Assembly (NCBI GenBank): GCA_963734965.1
Contig: CAVTJK010000004.1
Coordinates: 1,799,241 to 1,863,240, forward strand
DNA: 64,000 nt
Source of the DNA: an uncultured Microthrixaceae bacterium
Lineage (GTDB): Bacteria > Actinomycetota > Acidimicrobiia > Acidimicrobiales > Acidimicrobilacustridaceae
Direction of reading: 5' to 3'
Position 1 is the first letter of the stretch; each line of letters opens with the position of its first letter. Under the pieces are notes generated by a model, which searched no databases, was not told the DNA's origin, and saw only the letters and a program-made list of their open reading frames with translations. Below, one piece after another: positions 55,373 through 64,000 of this stretch. A program made the position numbers and the translations under genes.

Positions 55373-56359
55373 ACGAAGATCCCCGACCGGCGACGATCCG
55401 GATCGAGGTCCACATGGGCCCGACCGATCTCGACGACGCGCTGCGCGCCGATGTCCGACGCGGGCTCACCTCGACGCCCAAGGAGCTGCCGCCCAAGTGG
55501 TTCTACGACGACCGCGGCTGCGAGCTCTTCGAGGCCATCACGCGGCTCGACGAGTACTACCCGACCGAGTGCGAGCGGGCGATCCTGCGCGCCGAGGCGC
55601 CGACCATCGCCGCGGTCTCGCAGGCTGACACCCTGGTCGAGCTCGGATCGGGCACCTCGGACAAGACACGCGTGCTGCTCGACGCCCTGGCTCGGCGCGG
55701 GCAGCTCCGACGGTTCATCCCCTTCGAGATCAGCGAGACGACGCTGCGGACCGCCGCCCGCGCCATCGGCGACGAGTACCCGGGCATCGACGTCCATGCC
55801 GTCGTCGGTGACTTCGAGCGCCACCTCGGCGATCTCCCCCAGAAGGGCACCCGACTGATCGCGTTCCTGGGCGGGACCATCGGCAACTTCGCGCCCGCGG
55901 AGCGCAAGCGCTTCCTGGCCGACCTGGCCGACGGCATGCGGCCCGGCGATCACTTCCTGCTCGGAACCGATCTGGTCAAAGACGTCGTCCGGCTCGAAGC
56001 GGCCTATGACGACGCCCAGGGCGTGACGGCCGAGTTCAACCTCAACGTGCTGCGCGTCGTCAACCGCGAGCTCGACGCCGATTTCGACCTGACTCGCTTC
56101 GCCCACGTGGCCCGGTTCGATCTCGACGAGGAGTGGATCGAGATGCGGCTGCGCTCGCTCGCCGATCAGACCGTCCACGTCGGCGCGCTGGGCCTCGACG
56201 GTCGACTTCGCCGAAGGCGAGCAGATGCGCACCGAGATCAGCGCCAAGTTCCGCCGCTCGGGCGTCGAGGCCGAGCTGGCCGAAGCCGGCCTGCGGCTCG
56301 ATCGCTGGATGACCGACCCGGCCGGCGACTTCGCCCTCAGCCTCTCGGTGCGCGACTGA
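55369..56359 (+). CDS. egtD: L-histidine N-alpha-methyltransferase EgtD; one frame break near 56200
   Basis: The ATG at 55369 overlaps the egtC stop (ATGA). Motifs: [52 protein letters not shown]. After VHVGALGLD the frame shifts to [27 protein letters not shown], with a stop at 56357..56359. Confidence 0.9.
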
Positions 56360-56487
56360 CCCGACCCGCGACCGCTGCGCCGCCGCCCTCCTGATCCCCT
56401 CCCCGTGGCCTTTTGGCGATCAAGATGGCCCCTGACGGGGCCAGGATGGTCGCCAGAACGGCATGAGGCGCGACGGGAGGAGGAGCG

Positions 56488-56925
56488 TTGGGCACGATCT
56501 ACGAGGACATCGCCACCGCCGCGTCCGCCATCGCCGACGAGCTCACCGGTCACGGCTTCGAGCTCGACTTCAGCCTGGCCAGCCTGGGCGAGGTCGATCG
56601 CTTCTTCGACGAGAACAGCTCGCCGGACGTCGAGATCACCGACAGCCTGTTGGCCGAGCGGCTCGGACCGTGGATGTTCTCGCTCGGGGCCTATTCGGGA
56701 GAGGTGGTGCGGCGCCACGTCGGGGGCCGGTGGCGGTGGGACGGCGCCGATGACGACAAGGCCGCCTCGACCGAAACCGAGCTGGTGCTCGTGGACGACT
56801 CGATCATCTTCCCGTTCCAACGCGCCTGGAAGCGTCTGATGAACGGACCGGTCGACAGCATGGAGGCATGGGGCCACGAGATGACCGAGGCGGTGAGACC
56901 CGGCTTCGACGACCCTCCGAGCTGA
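56488..56925 (+). CDS. Hypothetical acidic cytoplasmic protein
   Basis: Intact 145-aa ORF. The TTG start is preceded by GGGAGGAGGAG. No family was recognised. Confidence 0.5.
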   Translation: MGTIYEDIATAASAIADELTGHGFELDFSLASLGEVDRFFDENSSPDVEITDSLLAERLGPWMFSLGAYSGEVVRRHVGGRWRWDGADDDKAASTETELVLVDDSIIFPFQRAWKRLMNGPVDSMEAWGHEMTEAVRPGFDDPPS

Positions 56926-56982
56926 GCCCGACGTTGGTTCCCGAGATGCGCTGACGATCGGCGGCCCGACCGGCGCCGGACC

Positions 56983-57378
56983 TCAGCGATCGCCGAGGAT
57001 GGCCGTGTCGCGTCCATACAGGGCGACGGCCTGGGTGAAGGGCACGAGATCGCGCCGGTACTTGCGGTGGGTGCGCTCGACCGCCTCGTCGGCCGCCGAA
57101 CGGGTGCGTTCGAGCTCGCGCCGCAGGCGCTCGTTCTCGGCCTCGAGCTCGAGGACGCGCTTGACCCCGGCCAGGTTGAGACCCGACTCGGTGAGATCCT
57201 GGATGCGCTGCAGCAGGCGGATGTCGTCGTCGCTGTAGCGGCGGCTGCCGCCACCGGTGCGGGCCGGCTCGAGCAGGCCCTTGCGCTCGTAGATGCGCAG
57301 GGTCTGGGGATGCACGCCGGCCAGCTCGGCGGCGACCGAGATGACGTAGACGGCCCGGGCTCTCGGGTCATCGTCCAT
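56983..57378 (-). CDS. hspR: MerR-family heat-shock transcriptional repressor HspR
   Basis: Intact 131-aa ORF reading [50 protein letters not shown]. It is the last gene of the dnaK-grpE-dnaJ operon. Confidence 0.9.
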   Translation of the reverse strand: MDDDPRARAVYVISVAAELAGVHPQTLRIYERKGLLEPARTGGGSRRYSDDDIRLLQRIQDLTESGLNLAGVKRVLELEAENERLRRELERTRSAADEAVERTHRKYRRDLVPFTQAVALYGRDTAILGDR

Positions 57379-57399
57379 CGCTGCCTCCTCGCCAGCGGT

Positions 57400-58557
57400 T
57401 CAGCACTCGCCGAGGTGCGCTCGGGGCGACTCGGTGCTCACCTCGGCCAAGGCCTCGACGGCTCGGCGCTCGCTCGGCGCTCAGCTTGGCCGGGACGGCC
57501 ACCTCGACGGTGACCATCAGGTCGCCGCGGCCCTTCTTGGCGTCGACGCCCCGACCCTTGACCCGGAACACCCGGCCCGAGCTGGTGCCCGACGGCAGCT
57601 TGAGGGTGACGGCGTCGCCTTCGAGCGTCGGCACCTTGAGCTTGGCGCCGAGCGCGGCCTCGGGATAGGTGACCGGCACGGTGATGGTGAGGTTGCGACC
57701 GTCGCGTCCGAAGAGCGGATCGGCGGCCACGTGGGTCGACGACGTAGAGGTCGCCCGGCGGACCACCGTTGCGGCCGGGACCACCGCGGCCCTTGAGCCG
57801 GATGCGCTGACCGTCGTGCACGCCGGCGGGGATGCGGACCTTGACCTCGCGGGGACGGCGCTCGACCCCCGGCCGTGGCAGGTGGGGCACGGGTCGGTGA
57901 TGATCGTGCCCGCGACCGCCGCACTCGGGGCACGGCGTGCTGAACGAGAAGAAGCCCTGGTTGTCGTCGAGCACGCCGCGGCCGTGGCAACGCGGGCAGA
58001 CCGTCGGCGCGGTGCCCGGCTTGGCCCCGCTGCCGTGACAGGTCGAGCACGTCGCCTCGGACACGAGGTTGACCGAGGTCTCGACCCCGTTGACGGCGTC
58101 GAGGAACGACAGGTGCAGCTCGGCCTCGAGATCGTCGCCCCGCTGGGGACCAGGACCACGCGACTGGCCGGGCCACCGCCACCCCGCCGACCGCCGCGGT
58201 CGAAGAGCCCGCCGAGCAGGTCGCCGAGGTCCGTCGCGTTGGTGAACGTGAAGTCGCCGTTGGCTCCGCCCGGTCCGCCGAAGCCACCCAGCCGCCCGGG
58301 CCGCCCATGCCCCCCATCGGGCCGAGGCGCGCGCACCTCGTCGTACTCCTTGCGCTTGGCCTCGTCACCGACGACGTCGTAGGCCGCCGAGACCTCCTTG
58401 AACCGCTCCTCGGCCGCCGCGTCGTCGGGGTTGGCGTCGGGGTGCAGCTCGCGGGCCAGCTTGCGGTACGCCTTGGTGATGTCCTTCTGGGACGCGGTCG
58501 AGAGACGCCGAGCATCTTGTAGTAGTCCTTCTCGAACCACTCGCGCTGGGGCGCCAA
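57400..58557 (-). CDS. dnaJ: Molecular chaperone DnaJ; many frame breaks
   Basis: The ATG at 58557 opens [19 protein letters not shown], followed by a J-domain ([16 protein letters not shown]). The Zn-finger repeats [36 protein letters not shown] are spread over ORFs 57438..58064 and 57368..58993. The C-terminus ..[20 protein letters not shown] stops at 57400..57402. Confidence 0.9.
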
Positions 58558-58563
58558 CGGTCG

Positions 58564-59126
58564 TTACCCCTTGACCTTGACCATGGCCGGCCGAAGCACC
58601 CGTCCCTTCCAGAGGTAGCCGGTGCGCAAGCTCTCGGTGACGACGCTCTCGCCGCCGTCGCCGGGCTCGTGCATGACGGCCTCGTGCATCAGCGGGTCGA
58701 AGGGCTGGTCCTCGACGACCATGGCCTCGAGCCCTTGCTTCTCGAGCGTCTCGAGCAACATCTTCGAGATCGGCCCGACGTCGGTCGCGCCGTGGACGAC
58801 GGCGGCGTCGCAGGCGTCGAGCACGGGCAGCAGCTGACACGACGAGCGCTTCGGCGGCTCGGTCACGGGTCTCGGCCTCGGCCTTGGCCGTGCGCTTGCG
58901 GTAGTTCTCGAACTCGGCCTTGAGCCGCTGGAGCGCGTCGCGGTACTCGTCGCGCTCGCCCTGGGCGGCGCGCACCGGGTCGTCGTCGACCACGATGACC
59001 TCGTCGACCGCGAGCGTCGGGATCGTCGCCCCGCATCATCTCGTCGATGGCGGCGACGGGGTCCTCCACCGGCCCGTCGGCGGAGGCGCCGGTCGGCTCC
59101 TCGGCCGGCGGCATGGGGCGGCCCAC
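58564..59126 (-). CDS. grpE: Nucleotide exchange factor GrpE; frame-disrupted, start uncertain (59126, 59114 or 59181)
   Basis: The acidic N-terminus [26 protein letters not shown] is in ORF 58863..59126. [25 protein letters not shown] is in the frame of ORF 57368..58993. [41 protein letters not shown] is in ORF 58564..59187. Confidence 0.85.
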
Positions 59127-59183
59127 CCGCGGGCGCCCCCGGCGGGGCGCCCCTGGCGTGATCGTCAGTGGGTCGGGGCATGC

Positions 59184-61032
<1,849 letters not shown>

Positions 61033-61139
61033 GATGGTTCTCCTGGAGTGCGAGAGGGATGGGGTAGGGGAAGCGATGAGAGAGAGGATCGGGCTGGGAC
61101 GGGGGAATTCCGGTACTGCGGAAGATTGCGTTGCCATCC

Positions 61140-61169
61140 AGTATAAAAGTTGAGTCGACGGTTATCAAC
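61140..61169 (-). promoter_or_regulatory. dnaK operon promoter (TTGATA-N17-TATACT) overlapped by a HAIR-like putative HspR operator
   Basis: The minus strand reads gagTTGATAaccgtcgactcaactttTATACTgg. The -35 is at 61168..61163 and the -10 at 61145..61140. The plus strand reads AAAAGTTGA-GTCGACGGT-TATCAAC, with the TTGAGT-N7-xxTCAA core. Confidence 0.6.
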
Positions 61170-61213
61170 TCGCCCCGATGAGCAATCGGGGACCGGGTTC
61201 GGCCCGCCCTGGC

Positions 61214-61219
61214 TAAGGT
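61214..61219 (+). promoter_or_regulatory. Candidate -10 box TAAGGT, 8 nt upstream of the gpmA GTG (leaderless-type)
   Basis: The plus strand reads ctggcTAAGGTtcctggccGTG. Confidence 0.25.
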
Positions 61220-61227
61220 TCCTGGCC

Positions 61228-61986
61228 GTGAACCACACCCTGATCCTGTTGCGCCACGGCCAGAGCACCTGGAACCAGAAGAACTGGTTCACCGGCTGGG
61301 TCGACGCCGACCTGAGCGACCAGGGCCGCGACGAAGCCCGCTCGGCGGGCCAGGCGCTGGCCGGCTCGGGCATCGACATCGACGTCGTGCACACCTCGTT
61401 GCAGGTCCGGGCCATCCGGACCGCTCAGCTCGCCCTCGACGAGATGGACCGGCTCTGGCTGCCGGTCCGACGGAGCTGGCGCCTCAACGAGCGCCACTAC
61501 GGGGCGCTGCAGGGCAAGGACAAGAAGCAGACGGCCGACGAGTTCGGCGCCGAGCAGTTCAAGATCTGGCGCCGCTCCTACGACACGCCGCCGCCGCCGC
61601 TCGATCTCGACGACCCGGGCCACCCCCGGTTCGATCCTCGCTATGCCGGGCTGGCACCGGACGTACTACCGGCCACCGAGTGCCTCAAGGACGTCGTGAT
61701 CCGGATGCTCCCCTACTGGTACGACGGGATCGTCACCGATCTCGGGGCCGGCGCCACGGTGCTGATCGCGGCGCACGGCAACAGCCTGCGCGCCCTGGTC
61801 AAGCACCTGGACGGGATCTCCGATGCCGACATCGCCGAGCTCAACATCCCCACCGGCGTGCCCATCCACTACGAGCTGGGCGACGACTTCCGCCCGCTCG
61901 AGGATCTCCCGGTGGACGAGCGGTACCTGGGCGATGCCGATGCGGCCCGGGCGGCGGCCGAGGCCGTGGCCCGCCAGGGTGGCTAA
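61228..61986 (+). CDS. gpmA: 2,3-bisphosphoglycerate-dependent phosphoglycerate mutase
   Basis: The GTG at 61228 lies within ORF 61150..61986. The product reads [54 protein letters not shown]. The gene is intact. Confidence 0.92.
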   Translation: MNHTLILLRHGQSTWNQKNWFTGWVDADLSDQGRDEARSAGQALAGSGIDIDVVHTSLQVRAIRTAQLALDEMDRLWLPVRRSWRLNERHYGALQGKDKKQTADEFGAEQFKIWRRSYDTPPPPLDLDDPGHPRFDPRYAGLAPDVLPATECLKDVVIRMLPYWYDGIVTDLGAGATVLIAAHGNSLRALVKHLDGISDADIAELNIPTGVPIHYELGDDFRPLEDLPVDERYLGDADAARAAAEAVARQGG

Positions 61987-62004
61987 GCGGCGGAGCGGAG
62001 CCGC

Positions 62005-63741
62005 CTAACCGCCCGGCTGAGGCAGCGAGCGTTCGACGAGGGTGAGGACCGGGAGGTCCGGGATGGCCGAGAGAGCCTTCGCGGCGGGGAGCAGCTCGGG
62101 GTGGGCCTGGACCATCCGGATTCGGTCCGCAAGCGGAACGCTGCTGCTGAGCTCGGGGTGCTCCATCGTGATTCGGTTTCGCTCGCCGCGCTCCTGCTCC
62201 GAGAGGGGGTCGGCGCTGGCGACGGCTTCGTAGCCCGGTGGGACTCGCTCTCGGTCGGTGATGAGGCGAAGCTCTCGCACGGCGCGCGCCGGTTCGGCCC
62301 GGTGCGGGCCGTAGTGGTCGGCCAGATCGGCCTCGACGACGACATCGACCCCGGCGCGCTCGAGGGCGAGGACGAGCGATGGCAGACCGGGGTCGTTGCC
62401 GAGGACCTCGGTCGGATCTGTCCCGGCCGTCACCAAGGTGGCGCCGTGCTGCAACTCCGGGACCACTGCGGCAGCTAGCCGGTGGACGGCGTCGACCGAT
62501 GGCGTAGCCGGAGGGTCGGTGCTCGCGGCAGCGGCCAGGTTCGCTACGGTCGCGATGCCGAGGATGATGCAGAGCAGTGGGACCGTGATTCTGTCGATGA
62601 TCCGCCGGTGGCTGACTGCGGCGAACTCGTAGATGCACCAGGCGACTGCCACCCAGCAGGCGAAGCCGAGCGCGCGGGTCCATTCCGGGATCCAGATGAA
62701 CAACGGCCCTAGCAGGCGACCGAGTGAGGCGACAGCACCGATGACTCCGATCGCGACGGTGGCGGCGAACAGTGCGGCCGGCAGGCCCCGACGAGCGCCG
62801 ACGACCAGCGCCGCCACGAGGACGATGAGGGCGACCAGGCCCACCGGGCTGACCCACCTGCCGCTCAGATCGACCGTGGTGCTGAACGCGCTGAGCGGCT
62901 GGTGGGATCGTAGCCATGGCCCATCCGGACCGAGTTCGAGGGCGACCGCGCGCCAGCCATCGCCGAACCCCAGGGTTGGTGCGGTCGGATGTTGCATCGA
63001 CCTGACCAGGTCGGCCAGGTTGCCCGGCTCGTCGCCCATGAGCGCGAGGAGAGGAGGCAACGAGAGCACTACGATGGCCACCCCGGCAGCCAGGAGGGCG
63101 CCCGCGGCCGAGCGCCGTTCGGCGCGCCCGGCGGGGGAGCCGCCGGCGCGTACGGCTCGCACCGCGACCGCGATCCCCGTCCACAAGACGATCAGGACCG
63201 CGAACGCCACGAGACCAGCTTGCGCCTGGGCAAGGACGGTCGCCACCACGGCGGTCCCAACCAGGGCTGCTCGGCCACCGAGGATCGCGTCGTAGGCGAG
63301 GAACAGCAGGGCTGCGCAAAGGAGGGTGAGCGCGTGCGGTTCCCAAGGAGACGCGACCCACTGGGGTCCCAACCCGTGCACCAGCACAGCGAGCAGCGCC
63401 CCGACGATCAGCAGGTGAACGGCGCTCCCACGGCGGCGACTCACGGCCAGCATCGCGACGATGGCGGCCACGTTGACCAGGAGCACACCGACCTGAAGAG
63501 CGGCATAGCTCGAACCGAGCAGCCGGTACGGGACCGCGAGCACGTAGAACCACAGCGCACCGGGCTGGCTGAACCCGTACCGTCCATACGATCCCAGCAG
63601 CGGCGTGTGGGGACCAACATCGCGAACCCTGAGCTCGATGAGCGCGAGGTCACCACCAGGATTGGTCCACCCGCTGCTCATCGCTCGCACAGCTGTGATG
63701 GCCATGGGCGCGACGAGAACCGCGAGAGTGAGCCAGAACAC
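62005..63741 (-). CDS. Large polytopic membrane protein with a C-terminal soluble domain; function unknown (possibly GT-C-like)
   Basis: Intact 578-aa ORF with about 12 hydrophobic helices, followed by a roughly 170-aa hydrophilic C-terminal region. No diagnostic motif was recognised. Confidence 0.5.
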   Translation of the reverse strand: MFWLTLAVLVAPMAITAVRAMSSGWTNPGGDLALIELRVRDVGPHTPLLGSYGRYGFSQPGALWFYVLAVPYRLLGSSYAALQVGVLLVNVAAIVAMLAVSRRRGSAVHLLIVGALLAVLVHGLGPQWVASPWEPHALTLLCAALLFLAYDAILGGRAALVGTAVVATVLAQAQAGLVAFAVLIVLWTGIAVAVRAVRAGGSPAGRAERRSAAGALLAAGVAIVVLSLPPLLALMGDEPGNLADLVRSMQHPTAPTLGFGDGWRAVALELGPDGPWLRSHQPLSAFSTTVDLSGRWVSPVGLVALIVLVAALVVGARRGLPAALFAATVAIGVIGAVASLGRLLGPLFIWIPEWTRALGFACWVAVAWCIYEFAAVSHRRIIDRITVPLLCIILGIATVANLAAAASTDPPATPSVDAVHRLAAAVVPELQHGATLVTAGTDPTEVLGNDPGLPSLVLALERAGVDVVVEADLADHYGPHRAEPARAVRELRLITDRERVPPGYEAVASADPLSEQERGERNRITMEHPELSSSVPLADRIRMVQAHPELLPAAKALSAIPDLPVLTLVERSLPQPGG

Positions 63742-64000
63742 CAGACGCGCTCGTCCCTCGCGACCGAGTGCGGATCGGGCAGGGGTCGACGGATCAGTGA
63801 TCGTTAGAGTGTGTCACTGCGCGATGGCGGATCGGGACACCTCTTGCCGCAGACCCGGGCCTTTCCGAGCGGGCGAACGGACTCCGATCGGGGTGGATGA
63901 CGGCGGATGTGCCATCTGTGTGCGATGGCGGCGGAAGCCTCTGGCAAGGAAACCGGGAGGAAACACTCAGGTTCGGGGCGGACAATGGTGGGGATGGATC

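Overview
This is a high-GC (roughly 70% by eye) chromosomal window of actinobacterial type. The gene content supports that: F420/LLM oxidoreductases, clpS-DUF2017, an HspR-controlled dnaK operon and clpB, egtABCD, and an LPXTG surface protein. The caa3-type oxidase with a cytochrome c-fused subunit II suggests an Acidimicrobiia-like lineage, which is inference only.

Gene order:
- A partial hydrolase, an LLM oxidoreductase, pdxH, orphan sdhC/sdhD-like anchors, serS and an ABC-2 exporter.
- A long minus-strand respiratory operon: ctaB, three oxidase-like membrane genes, ctaC, ctaD, ctaE, ctaF and a GNAT gene.
- A second LLM oxidoreductase, a ~1280-aa S8 protease with FG-GAP repeats and an LPXTG anchor, ctaA, clpS-DUF2017, and a Pro-rich HExxH membrane protein.
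- tRNA-Glu, tRNA-Asp and tRNA-Phe, an AAA+ ATPase, a HAD hydrolase, malic enzyme and pyrE.
- A 13.5-kb purine supercluster (purM-F-L, purQ-S-C, purB, purE-D-A) interrupted by three non-pur genes, including a GT10 fucosyltransferase-like gene.
- An envelope cluster of two GT-C glycosyltransferases and two acyltransferases.
- clpB, egtABCD, hspR-dnaJ-grpE-dnaK, gpmA and a large polytopic membrane protein.

Main points:
1. Three intact, translationally coupled genes sit directly upstream of ctaC. They encode subunit I-like, subunit III-like and CtaF-like oxidase proteins that have lost most canonical heme/copper histidine ligands. This is my best candidate for an undescribed system.
2. About two dozen genes, many of them essential, are frame-disrupted in discrete blocks, while interleaved blocks are perfectly open. 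This most likely reflects assembly indels rather than biology.
3. Recurrent non-coding signals are present: a 39-nt palindromic repeat in two copies, a shared HAIR-like operator upstream of clpB and dnaK, and leaderless-type -10 boxes.

No CRISPR array, transposase, integrase or rRNA was seen. All calls rest on reading the translated ORFs and the DNA by eye. No database search was run.
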